Shown here: positions 45,276 through 57,990 of the stretch, in pieces
Numbering within the stretch: the first letter of the stretch is position 1
Layout of the letters: every line of letters begins with the position of its first letter
From: Williopsis jadinii
Taxonomy: Eukaryota
Reading direction: 5' to 3'
NCBI GenBank assembly: GCA_024346625.1
Contig: AP024666.1
Span: forward strand, 1,364,001-1,428,000
DNA: 64,000 nucleotides
Made by a program: the position numbers and the translations under genes
Notes under the pieces: model-generated
Database searches by the model: none
What the model was told of the DNA's origin: nothing
The model's input: the letters and a program-made list of their open reading frames with translations, nothing else

Positions 45276-46103
45276 ATGACAACGACAGAAGTGCAGCTTT
45301 CAAAGACCCAGATTAAAACCAAAAGCGTCAAGACGTATGACATCAAGGGTAAAGTGATACTTACACAAGAACATTTGGATCATCTCAACTCAAAGTTAGC
45401 AGATTTATCCCCAGAACAGATTCTACAATGGGCCACTATAACTTTCCCAAATCTGTACCAAACCACCGCATTCGGTCTATCCGGATTAGTAACGATTGAC
45501 ATGCTAGCACAGATGGGTAAGAACACAGAGCTGATCTTTATCGATACGCTTCATCATTTCCCACAAACCCTTGAACTTGTTGAGAATGTCAAAGAGAGAT
45601 ATCCACAGAATAAAGTAAACGTTTACAAGCCGATGAAGGCCGCCACGGAGTTGGAGTTCGAAAAGGTGTACGGCGAGCAGCTCTGGGAGACAAACGAGGA
45701 CATGTACGACTTCCTTGTCAAAGTCGAACCTGCACAGAGAGCATACAAAGAGTTGGACGTTGTTGCCGTCTTCACCGGTAGAAGACGGTCACAAGGAGGA
45801 GCCAGAGACAAACTCCAAATATTGGAGATTGACGAGGCCTCAAACATTATAAAGATCAACCCAATGGCCAACTGGAGCTTCGACCAGGTCTTATCGTACA
45901 TCAAGCAGAATAACGTCCCGTACAACGAACTCTTAGACCTGGGTTATAGATCTGTGGGCGATTACCACTCAACTGCTCCAGTTGCCGAAGGTGAAGACGA
46001 AAGATCGGGAAGATGGAAAGGTCGTGTCAAGTCTGAATGTGGAATCCATCAAACTTCAAAGTTCGCACAGTACTTGAACTCGTTAGTTGAAACCAAAGAG
46101 TAA
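45276..46103 (+). CDS. MET16: PAPS reductase
   Basis: QTTAFGLSGL, FIDTLHHF, KVEP, TGRRRSQG, GYRSVGD, ERSGRW, ECGIH. Confidence 0.97.
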   Translation: MTTTEVQLSKTQIKTKSVKTYDIKGKVILTQEHLDHLNSKLADLSPEQILQWATITFPNLYQTTAFGLSGLVTIDMLAQMGKNTELIFIDTLHHFPQTLELVENVKERYPQNKVNVYKPMKAATELEFEKVYGEQLWETNEDMYDFLVKVEPAQRAYKELDVVAVFTGRRRSQGGARDKLQILEIDEASNIIKINPMANWSFDQVLSYIKQNNVPYNELLDLGYRSVGDYHSTAPVAEGEDERSGRWKGRVKSECGIHQTSKFAQYLNSLVETKE

Positions 46104-46526
46104 GACAAGTCAAATCAATAAACTATTTATTCCAATCGCTCGTAAATAAACAATACAAGCATCTACACGTATGACTTCAACTTGCCGCCAATGTTCAAAA
46201 CCTTGTAATAAAACTCACTGTGTTGCCAAAGAGAAAAAGAATCCAAAAATAAATTTCATTGTTTACACACAATTTTTAGCCGCCCGTTCTGGAATAAAAC
46301 TTCGCGTTTTTAAGCAAAAATCCCACCAAATTTCAACAGGGGGCGCAGAAAAGAAAAAAAAAGCCAAAAAAAAACATGACGCCCACAGAAACAGAGAACG
46401 AGAGAAAAAAAAACAAAAAACTACCACATAAGCAAAAACGATAAACAAATCAAGAAAAAGGGAATACAACTTTTAACTTTCATCAATTGAAATCATCAAC
46501 TTCAGAGACAAAAAAGGAAGAAAAGA

Positions 46527-47236
46527 GTGAGTAGATGAACTTGGTTACGGCCATTTGTTTGTGTTATGCTTAACGAATAACGTGGCTCAAAAAGGCACGA
46601 TTGGGGAGAAGAAGTGAGACCTTGCGTTTGGGATTTGAATGTGGATTTTGCCCGTGTGTTTACTCCTTGAAAAGTTGTTGTTGTTGATGTGTGTGTATGA
46701 GTCTCTTGATCTTTAATGCTCATATGAGATTGAAAGAAACGGCTTGACGGCTCATTCGACTGATCATCTCTTGGTGGACTGTCTCAGCCTCCTACTGTGT
46801 TCGGTTGCTATTTTGCCTTTCTTTTTTGTATTATGGGTGTGTTGATTGTTTTGATCTCTGTTTTCAGGGTGGCTGCTTTCCCTCAAGATTTTGATTTTGG
46901 AATCGAATTTTTTAGGGATGCTTATTGGGTCAACTGAAAACCACCGAAGGTTGTCAATGCTCTATTAAGCATGACTTTCTACATCTGGACAGAGGTCTTA
47001 ACATTAACGCGTTTGGTTCGATACCTTTTCTGTCTCTAACCAAAAAGAAGCAAGTCAAGAAAGGCATCACGCGTATGATTCAGTCGACTTTAGCCTTCTG
47101 GTTTTTGATTGAAACACAATGGCGTTCATCAAATTCCATCGTTTATACATATTCACCTCAAACTTCTTTTCAAGTGCCGTGCTTTTTTGTTGTGTTTTCG
47201 TTTCCTTTGCTGTTAACATACTAACCCATTCATAAG
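46527..47236 (+). other. Probable 5'UTR intron of RHO1 (about 710 nt)
   Basis: GTGAGT at 46527, perfect TACTAAC at 47219-47225, AAG at 47234-47236 (alternative CAG at 47306-47308). Confidence 0.6.
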
Positions 47237-47476
47237 AGACACATTTCGAGTTTGGTTTTCTCCATTGAAGGTTTTCTTGTTATTTTTTTGTCCATTTCAA
47301 TTCTACAGATTCAATCTTTCCATTACGATCAAAAGGTAAAGATTCACCCAGAACATTGAATTAAAGGAGTTTCTCTTATTTTTCCTGTTCTTGACTTCCT
47401 TTGATATATCCTAGAGTCATCTTCATTTCCCAACGTACAGTGACACAGCACACAAGCACATATATACATATCCGTA

Positions 47477-48073
47477 ATGTCCCAACTTCCAACTGATATC
47501 AGAAGAAAGCTCGTCATTGTCGGTGACGGTGCATGTGGTAAGACATGTTTATTGATTGTCTTTTCAAAGGGTACCTTCCCAGAGATTTACGTTCCAACCG
47601 TTTTTGATAACTACGTCGCAGATGTTGACTTGGATGGTCGTAGAGTCGAGTTGGCCCTTTGGGATACTGCTGGTCAAGAAGACTACGATAGACTCAGACC
47701 TCTTTCCTATCCAGACACAAACGTCGTTTTGATTTGTTTCTCAGTGGATCTTCCAGAATCTTTGGCTAACGTTCAAGAGAAGTGGATCTCTGAGGTTCTG
47801 CATTTCTGTCATGGTGTTCCAATCATCTTGGTTGGTTGTAAGGTTGATTTAAGAGACGATCCTGCAACGATCCAAAGATTGAGAGATGACAACTTGGCTC
47901 CAGTGTCTGCTGCTGAAGGTCAAGATGTTGCTGATAAAATTGGCGCCATTAAATACATTGAGTGTTCTGCAAAGAAGAACTACAACGTTGATGAAGTGTT
48001 CAAGGCTGCAACAAGAGCTTCTTTGATGACCAAGGAGAAACCAAGTAAGAAGAAGAAATGTGTCATTTTGTAA
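47477..48073 (+). CDS. RHO1: Rho1 small GTPase
   Basis: [36 protein letters not shown], polybasic KKKK plus CVIL CAAX box; near MET16/NUT2 as in S. cerevisiae. Confidence 0.93.
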   Translation: MSQLPTDIRRKLVIVGDGACGKTCLLIVFSKGTFPEIYVPTVFDNYVADVDLDGRRVELALWDTAGQEDYDRLRPLSYPDTNVVLICFSVDLPESLANVQEKWISEVLHFCHGVPIILVGCKVDLRDDPATIQRLRDDNLAPVSAAEGQDVADKIGAIKYIECSAKKNYNVDEVFKAATRASLMTKEKPSKKKKCVIL

Positions 48074-51000
48074 TCATTACTTGCTCCCATCATCTTTTAA
48101 TGCTTATTGATGTGTTTATTGTTTGTCGTCTAGCTACTTTACTTAACTTTTTTTTCTTTATGTATGCTCTTTCACCGATCTACAGACTATGTACTTCACT
48201 ATGAATATTTTATTGCCAGACTTTGCTTCAAAACAACCTCACGGTGCACCGGGCGTCTTGTGTACAATACAGTTCAAACGTTAATTCTTTCAAGTGATTG
48301 TTTTAAAATGGCATAAGATCAGTGTTTTAAAGCTCATCAGTAACGGCAATTATTATACTGCCTATTGGGCTCATCCATGGTGCTGGTCGTCTCGTGTAAT
48401 ATGTTCAGAGGATCAGCGCACCACTCAAGGGGTTAGATCTTATGCGCTTTATGCCATCTCCCATTACATGGTCACACAGGATAGCAAGCTACAACTGCAA
48501 ATTTAGCTACATCACATGCGTTTATATCACTATGAAACTCTCTACAATGTACAGTCTGTTGTGCGGATGATGAGGTGATTTATAGTTGGATTTCTTGCCA
48601 GTACGTTGTGGTGGTTTTGTTCTAGTGACGTTTAACCAAGGCTACGAACGAACAAATGCACATCAGTCAAATATTTGCACTACAGCAAGGACTTCTAACT
48701 GTACACAACCCTGAGTATCACATAAGCGGCAACAATCATAGAACAAATCTTGACACCCGAATAAGAAAAGACATGCTGCATGATACATACGAAACATTCT
48801 CGTTGAACATGTCTCAAGAGTTTATATATCATGTAATTCTAATGTTAAAACTGTGACTGAAGGCTTAATGCATATTAAGGACTCCAGAGTACAGATTTCA
48901 CGCACATTATAAGCCAGGATCCTAAAAACATAGATCTTCATGATAAGCTAATGTTCTACTTTACACGTCGTATTAATCATGAAACCTCAAATTATTTTGA
49001 CCTTTGTGGGTCCAATGTCTGTCAAACATACAGTAAACTGAAGATTATATGGTAATCATATGCCATTGGGAGTAACGATTCTGATAGCTGTTTGGAAGAT
49101 ATAACCCATTATTTGGTGATGTATGCATGTAAGATAACATTCTTTACATCGTTACGAGTGGATAGACGGCACTACAATACCGTTTCCCTTGATTTCCATT
49201 GAAGAGAAACCATATTGGATATGTCAAAAGGGTAATTTGCCCATTCATTTCACTGTGGTGTGAATCACTAAATGGGTACTACGGCATGAAACAACAACAT
49301 TTCATTTTAATGCAATGTCTTGAGGGTAAGTGACCTGACTCTATAGATATTGGTTTCGAAACTTGTGATTAGAAGCAAATAACATCATATTTCCCAGATA
49401 TTCTCAACAGCACATTCTCATTGTTTAATTAGTTGGCATACAGTGGCATTCATGGCGATATAACGACTTACTCGTATCTATTTAGCTACAAAACGATGAC
49501 GTTTTTAGATGCAAAGATAGCTCGCAACATAGGCCTTTCAACGAAGCAGCACCTACAAATACTCAGTTTGCCGTGCAACACAGATTTCCTAAAGGATTTA
49601 CGATGTCGAACCATGATATTGTACGTGATTCTGTACGTAAAATATAAGGCTTGTGATGCAGTATCTACATTTTCGATGTACATCGTGCAACTCCTAGTTT
49701 CGAAAACTTTGATCCACACGCCCTGGCAAAGATTGTAGAGCAGGCTGCATTGGAACTTGGTTTCTGAGAAAGAACTGACAGGAATATATTAAACTCTGGG
49801 CGGAAATATATGTAGCTGGTGCTTCAATGGCTTTGGCCAGTTGAATCAGGTAACTGATAAGGTAAAAGTTCTAGGGGATCTCTATATGGATGGGTGATCA
49901 ATTCACACATAGCGCTGTGTAGCTATGCTCAAACGCTTATAGATTATCAGCTTCACGGCTTTAGAGACATATTTGTTGCGCCTGGCTCTATGTATCAAGA
50001 CGCACCATGAGATGCACATTTCAGCCTCAACAATTAAGCTTTCTCAAGTGATGTGAGGAGAAGCACAACTTACTACAAAGTTTAAACGCACCTTGAACTT
50101 CAATCATCGGGATTTGCTGAGACAGACAGTTCACTCCAAGATGCTATGTAATGTCATTCACATCCAGATGTTGGAGAAAGACACAAGGAGCACTTCAAAA
50201 GATCTAACAAGTGCTTTCAAAATGGTGCGCGGTATGTGCAGCTTCAGCTGTGCGACACATACCATTAGATCTCTGGGAGTTTTGCAAATTAACTTACGGC
50301 TTGGATTCCCTAAGTGGTACCTACCTCAAATTAAAATCTAGATGATGTTTAAGCATGCTTGCATACATTGCACAACCTCGAGAGCAAATAAGTTATCCTG
50401 ATCAAAAATTTGGCAGACTGGCTTCATGATATCTTCAAACAGTTAAACTGATCGTTGCTCAGTGATATGTACATGCATATCCGTACGGATGTGATTCACT
50501 AGGACGTAAACAAAAGTGCCTCAAATTCAATGTATATGAATCACTTGAGCCTGAATTATTGATTTTCCCTACACATATATCCGAGTGCGCGTTTTCCCTA
50601 AAGGTCTTCGTTTTTGGTACCGATGGTGGCAGATGTGTCCAAGCTTCTACATTCCAGGCAGACCAAATTCTCTTAAAAACTTCGCCCTAATCATAATTCA
50701 TTTGCAAACAAGATGTCGTCATTCTGGAGGTAACTAAGCCTCAATTAACTTAGAAAAGTCTAATATAGTTAGTGCACAGTACGCATACATCTGTACGGTT
50801 GTCTCTATGTAGAATACCTAACGTTATTGCGAGATCAAAATAGCTAAATATTATTTTCTGTGAACAAAGCTTTACTCTGAAGAACAAGTGCTTGTATCAA
50901 TTGAAAGATATCTTAATAATTTTAACGCTAGTACACACACTGCACTGCCATGTAATGTGTCATTTCAGTTGGTGTTCCTCGTACTTTTTATACAATGAAC

Positions 51001-54000
51001 AAATATATTTGATGGTGATTATAATTTAAATCATTACCAATGTATATGGTTCATCGCGTACAAGCTCCATAATCACATTCTGTGAAGCCTGCTTAGATAA
51101 AATGTATGGTACCCCATATGTGCATTTTCTTCTCTTTCCTAAGTGTTCACGCAGATCATTGCTGTATACATGATACAGATAACTTCTGTCGGATAAGCTT
51201 GCTTTGGTACCGGAGAACTTCGCCATGGGGTGTTAAATGTTGCCCAAAACTGATAAATCGTGTCGACTGATGAAGATGTTAGGGTGATCTGATTCTCTTG
51301 CTATATGTATCTACTTTACTAAATCTATAAAAAGAACAACCGACCGTGGCAAAAAAATAAGCTAATTTTCAAAATGTAATCTACGTGGAGATAAAGCTGT
51401 AATATTTCACTTTAGTTCAGGAAGGCTTGCCACTTAAGACCTTAGTCGTCATCTAATTTTGATTACTGAGCGTTTATGTTTTCCGTATAACTCACAGATA
51501 CGACGAAAGATAGATTGTTTGTAATGTTACACATACGCAAGCCTTAGAGGTCGAGTGGTTGATTAATTTTATTATTATTTCTGCATCCTTTGAATAAGTT
51601 CTCTGTACATTGTGGACCAGTATATCGTATATGTATATCTATGTAAAACTCCACATACAAGGAATACCAGGCAGCCAACTCTTCCGGTGATCATTAGGTG
51701 TGCCTTTTTGCAGCACACAATGTACCGTTACTTTGGGGTAATATTGGCTAATCACTGCTAAACGGTGGGTTAGGGCTGGAGCCGCCCGAAAACTAATGAA
51801 CAGATGAGCACAGCAGAAGTATTATCAGTAGGAATGTCCTAACACATATAGAAGTATCGCTATGATAACACTCGATTGAAAGATGTTCTAGAACGTACGA
51901 TCAGTAAGATTCATGTTGTATCCACAATCATCCTTCCCTCAAGGCGTGGAAAAAAGGCGGAGATATATTCTCTAGTGAAACGTAGATCCTCATTTCTGAT
52001 AGAAAGCTGCCTGGAAGAAGATCAATGCTTGGAAGTGTTGTAATCACAGATCCAACTCAAGTTATATTTGAACCCACTTATGGTCAATAGTTAAGAAGTA
52101 ATCATTTTCATTATCAGTCGCTCTTCTGACTATGGGTTTACACTTATACTATAAGGTTTGCCCTGGCTGTCATAGACGCTCGATCGAATTTTCTCAACAT
52201 TTAGATGCCCCCTAGTCTTAACTGTAGAAGATTTTGAGATGGGCCTCGAATCATGACTGCAGATTGCACATGGTGGGACGATATTTTCATTGATTAAATA
52301 TTTAATGCAAACATTACATACAATCCTAAAGTATGAATAAGAACATACAATGCGGACATTAGAACCTGAAACCAAGCATCGGGTTCTCCACTTACAGCTG
52401 TCAACACCATCCACTTCCAGCATATCGTCTATTGAACTTATAGTGCTCGTGTTGCTCCACTGACGGTTCTTACCAAGGGGTCACTGATATCTGTTACACT
52501 TGTGATACTTTCTCCGTGTCATTCAATTCGTTGCCTACTTTTCTGTTAATTCCAAGCACGATTGTACTAGGAACTAATAGTACGAATTGAACTAATGAGA
52601 CCTGTTAAAAGACATCATCGATCCTGGTAATCGCACATCTTCAAAATGAGCGCCAGAGAACGTGCAGATTAGGAGCAGGAAATAGAGTTGCACCTTACAT
52701 TGCTTACAGACTTACACTAAGGAAATCCCCTAGCAGTGGTTTTATATGGAAAACGTTCCAAAGCTTAAACTTCTCTACATAGATATTTTCTACGTCACTA
52801 TTTGTATGGTGTGAGACAATTTTATTTTTTTTCTCCCGTGAATGATTCAAGGGTTAAGAGTTAGCAGAAACTTGGCAACCCCTTGCGCAATTGAATGAGA
52901 AACAGTGGTATACCTCTATTATTCCTTACCTATCGTGTATTGAGTTCGTCTATGCAAAAGGAGTGACAAAGTTACAACACATTTAACGTATGATTGTAAC
53001 GGAGGGCTATTTGACTTCACCAGCATGATGGCTGACGAGCTGGAAAACACCGTAAGGAATGGTTTAGGGGCGAAAACTTTTACTGAAAGGCAAATGTGCG
53101 CAAAACCGTTGTAAAATGCGTACAGATGTAAGCTGTAGCATATGTATACATATTAGGGGGTGCCAAACGCATCATGTAGCTGCATGATATGTATCAGTAT
53201 GTGTACTTATGCGAACTATAAGATTAAAGTTGCTCTTATATGTAGATGATCACTTTGTATACCGCCCAAAAGTACTTCAGGATTGCATGTTGTTGCAGTA
53301 TCAGCCTTATTGAAGTTTCCACGTTTTTCTTGAAGTTTAACTGGAAATCAATCCCGCCGCTATGGAAATTCCACTCTGTTTCTCAGTGCAAAAACGGTCA
53401 TTAGCAAGTTGGGCATTGGGTTTCACCTCACCACGGACAAATTCTCAGGGATTAAAGGCCCAGTATTTTAACCTCGTCGTATACATGTACGTTTTCCTCA
53501 TCCCTAATAAACCATGTTATCTGCTGATTTACAATTGATCGTTCGATCCTTATTGAAGAGCATAGCTGAATCTTGTTGGGTCGAAGAAGCCGGCTGATAA
53601 GTGATACATAAGCATACGTTTGGCGTTTGAGGTTGTGAACTCTCCACTCGCTTCTCCCCTAGCTCTGTGATATATATAGAGTACCACGACCACATATGTA
53701 GTATGTACAACCTAACGTACTTTACGTATGTAACCTTGGCTTAATGAAACACCCCAGTACGTACTAGGAAAAGCAATTTGGGAAATTTCCAGCGAGGTAC
53801 TACTGCATCCTTTAAAGGCAAACGTAGCCAACCACAAACCAGACCCTTTTTATCTTCGATTTCAATCACCACCCCAGGTTAAATGGTGAACTGCCTCAAA
53901 TCATATGCTTCCCGTGTTAAAATACTCACTGTTCTGTGATGTGTCGTTCCTTCTTTTTAGCCTTTTTTGCCTTCTCTCTCCTTATTCTTTCTTTTTCTCG

Positions 54001-54983
54001 TTTGCACTGTTTTACCTGTACAGCTGGGTGTGTAAAAGGTCTTCAAAATTCATAATGCTATGCACAGTTGAAGCAAACGTGCTGCATGACGTACGTTGTT
54101 GGGTAGTAAACTCTAATTCCATGGAGCAGCTTCTTTGATTTTTTTCCCTCCCCGTCGAAGGCCAAAATAACAGCCTTCACGTCACACACAAAAAATTAGA
54201 CGATGTTGAAAAATTATCAGGCTTTTTCCATTCTATTCCCTTCGTACAATCTTTCACCCCTCGGTTAACAATAGCAGGCATCTTTAAACAAACTGATTAA
54301 GAAAGGTTGTTAATCACCTTGGAGCTGATTAGAAGCCAGTGTGAGATATTTCCCGTGAGTTTGGGGGGAAAATTCAAAAGAAAGAGAAGGGGAGCGACCT
54401 CAAAGAAAGATCCAATTGTCAAAATCTTTGTTCTGAAAAAATATCAAAAACACACACAGAGAGGTCAAACTACATTGAAAATCCAACTACTTTAGAAAGC
54501 AAGGATTTCCAACCCATAGTACGGTATTTATCTGTGACGAAATTACGAATCTAGAGATTGTTTCTTTGCAATATTCGGACGCCCCTTGGACCCAACGGTT
54601 TTACAAGGAATATTCTATACAGCCAATCTGGACATTTTCCTGTGTGTCTGTCCTTTTTTTTGTTAGTGGAAGACTGGTGAAACATTTAAAGTGGCAGCAT
54701 TGTACTTTGTGGGCGGAGACGGTTTCTGATATCTGATATCACGTTAACATTCAACGATACTTTTATTTACATTCCATTTTGATTGAGGTCGGTTATTTGA
54801 CAACTTTTTGATTTGGAGTTGCAGAGGTGGACGTTATCTCACACCCTTTTGAAGCATCAGTGCAACTGTTTGGACAAAGAGATCTGGAACAAAGGTGTGC
54901 GTGGCTTTTTTCTTCGGATAGTAATATAGATAAGGGGAAGAGGTCATCATACAAGAGTGAAAACACATTGATTGCTGTTAATC

Positions 54984-55633
54984 ATGGATAAACAGAATAC
55001 AAAGGTCTCTGACATTAAGCAATCACCCATGACTTTGAACACTCCGCAGCCCACACGAAAGGCTGCATTCGTCCACAAGCTATATGCAATGCTATCAGAT
55101 CCTTCCCTTTCATCACTGATATGGTGGTGTGATGCAGATGGTGTCTTTGCGCTGGTACCTTGTACTGAATTTGCCAATGCTTTGACAAGTTATTTCAAGC
55201 ATGGTAATGTCTCAAGTTTTGTACGGCAACTACACATGTATGGGTTTCATAAGGTTTTTGACGAGGAGTCGCCTAGAGGAGATGAAATAGTGTGGGAGTT
55301 TAAACATTCAACAGGATTATTCAGAAAGGGAGATGAAGCAAATTTAGGAAATATAAAGAGACGTTCTTCTAATAAGACTGTACCCGATGAGGACACTAGA
55401 TGGACAACAGCTCAACCAATACAAGGTGTTCATTATGGTCTACAGCAACAAGGGATGTACTACGTGGGCTATCCATATCAACACGTATACACTCAACAAA
55501 CACACCAAGTTGGTCCGCAAGGCCTGCAACCTGTATACCAAATACCACCGCCACCGCCACCGCCTCATCATGCTCATCCTCAGGGGGTCCCAGTTGGTCC
55601 TCATGGTCAAGTACAACTGTTGCCACCAAGGCC

Positions 55634-55669
<36 letters not shown>

Positions 55670-56789
55670 ACGTCAAAATCAACAGCAACAACGTCAAAAT
55701 CAACAGCAACAACAGCAACAACAGCAACCAACTGCTATACCTCAACCCACACAGACCACAGTACCGTCAGCATTGCCACAGACGCAGACAACGCCTCAGC
55801 AGTATCTACCACGGGAAGTTGCCCAACAAAAGGATACCATACCTAGTCGTAACTTGTCAGTTTCAATCCCACCTGAAAAGGTTGATGTTCCTGTACAGAG
55901 TCAGAGCCGTAAATCTCAACTAGGTCGCTCTTTAGAACGACCAATTGAACTCTTGAACCCTGACACAAGACATCAAACAAGTGAAATTCTACCTAAACTG
56001 GCGCCAACTTCTTATTCACAACCACCATTGTTTAAAGATTACATCAACTCACGTGCAACCAAGTTAAATGGGATTAGTGAACCATGGACAGACCGGAAAT
56101 CATCAATCCATTTTTGGGAATCATCGGGTGCAACAAGACAGCGTTCTATATTTGTTGATCCTCTTGCACCTGTTACCTCGACGACAACGTCAACAGGACC
56201 TGCTGATACAACACCACAGTTGAGACCAGGCTCGTTACCAAGCTTGTACAATGCGCTTCCCCAGAACTCTTTAGGTTCTCCAATGTCTTACCGCCGTAAT
56301 GAATCCTTGCCAACACATTTAAACTCACCACATAGGAGTTCTCTGTTGAAGACACCTCCTAGATCTGTTCCTAATGATTCACCATCGGTTCAAACAGCTT
56401 GTGTACCACAATACCAAATACGTCCATCGTTGATTGAGTACAACAACTCCAATTTTGGCAATCCTGACTATCCGCACAGTTCACTCTCATCACAATCAAC
56501 CATGTACTCCCATCAATCTTCGATATCTTCATTGTCTTCGAGAAACTCGCAGGGAAGTGTGACTCAGTACGTTCCATCGTCGATAAACTCACTGCTATCA
56601 CCCTCGATTTCGAGCGAAATGAATACAAGATCGAGTTCGATGTCTATGAGTACAGTCACAGAACGTTCTTCCAAGGTTGCAGTGAGCTCACTGCTGGAGA
56701 GTCCAAAATCTACAAGAGATGGTGAAAATACTTTACCTGCTAGTGCAAATCATGAACCAATATTTAAGAAACCAAAGCACCAGTATTAG
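54984..56789 (+). CDS. MGA1: HSF-type transcription factor, Mga1/Sfl2-like
   Basis: HSF DNA-binding domain AFVHKLY...YFKHGNVSSFVRQLHMYGFHKV (Mga1-type HGNV/QLHMY); polyQ and polyP; neighbour NOP19 matches the S. cerevisiae YGR249W/YGR251W linkage. Confidence 0.75.
55633..55728 (+). repeat. CAA/CAG polyglutamine tract with an internal 21-bp duplication (QRQNQQQ x2)
   Basis: Seen directly within the HSF-type gene. Confidence 0.9.
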
Positions 56790-57197
56790 TGGCTCACGGT
56801 TATGAAGGATGTCTAATTGTTTTCATGTCATTTACTTCCAGCTCCAATGGTTGGAAGTCTTGTTCTTGTTGGTTTATGTTTAATTGCAAAGTATCATGAA
56901 ACATCCATCCACGCTACGCACCAGTTGAATACGATCCGTGTATGGTTCATATATATTCATTCTTTGATGTTTGATGTTTTTGCCCAGTACTTCTGTTTGT
57001 TTGTGAAACGCTATTGTTTTTGTATATGTCTTTGTTACGCTTATTTATGACCCAATTGTTTGATATTTCTAGATCCAAAATCACCCTAATCATATAGCAC
57101 ATGTGTATTCATTACCTGTTACTTGATTCTCAGGTTCAGTGGCATTGTACGCTGCTCATAACGCTTGGATAGTACAAGAACAGTCATGGTATGACTG

Positions 57198-57713
57198 TCA
57201 TTTATCTAGGAAAGACTTGTAGCCCTTCTTCTTATTGGACCTCACTACAACTTCTTCATCCGAACTGTCACTAGAGTCTTCCTGGTGTCCCTTGGAATGG
57301 CCATGTGGTTTAGCCTTCTTCACAGGCTGACGATCAGCCAGTCTAATGCTTTTCGACCGCTGAGCACTCCTACTGCTATTTCTCATCTGATTCCTCAACG
57401 CATGGAGTGCCCTTGATGAACCCTTGTGTATCGCGCCCTTGTGATCCACACCCTTCACAGTCTTGGACTTGACACCGGTGGCTATAAATTCACCTATTGT
57501 ACTCTGTCCATCCAGCGACAGTCCCTTGCCTTCTAACAGTATCGGCAGGTCTAGAAAGCCCTCAGATGACTCTTGCTTATTAGAACCATCACCATCAGCT
57601 GCATCCGACGATAGCCCAAGCCATCCAGCAGCAGCGTTTCTCGACTCGCCTAGAGCAACTTGGAACTTGGCCTGTATCTCCTGTTTCTTCTTGATCTCCT
57701 GTACCCTTGACAT
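57198..57713 (-). CDS. NOP19: Nucleolar protein Nop19
   Basis: MSRVQEI...IQAKFQ...WL, FLDLPIL..GKGL and TIGEFI match the Nop19 pattern; basic/acidic tail. Confidence 0.8.
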   Translation of the reverse strand: MSRVQEIKKKQEIQAKFQVALGESRNAAAGWLGLSSDAADGDGSNKQESSEGFLDLPILLEGKGLSLDGQSTIGEFIATGVKSKTVKGVDHKGAIHKGSSRALHALRNQMRNSSRSAQRSKSIRLADRQPVKKAKPHGHSKGHQEDSSDSSDEEVVVRSNKKKGYKSFLDK

Positions 57714-57990
57714 GGCGGTAAACGGCCTCCTAAACACACCCAACAGGTAATAAGTAGCACCATTTTGTGTGTAATAAAAGACACTGCGATGCACTAAAAA
57801 AGTTTATACGCAGTTTCTGGTGTTTGGGTGTTCTTGTTGTGGCCCGTAACCATTTTGAACCCCCCCCCCCCCAGCACCCCTTTTTTCTGTATGTGCTGCG
57901 TGTGTACAATTTTGTATTCAAGTTCCCTTCAACTCTGTAAGAGACGGATTTTGAAGCGTGAAGAGAAACATATTACTTAAAAGACACTGG

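Noticed and set aside
51541..51570. GGTCGAGTGGTT resembling a tRNA D-arm/A box
   Set aside because: No downstream GTTCRA B box and no cloverleaf pairing
55387..55923. Overlapping alternative-frame ORFs within the HSF-type gene
   Set aside because: By-products of the CAA/CAG repeat
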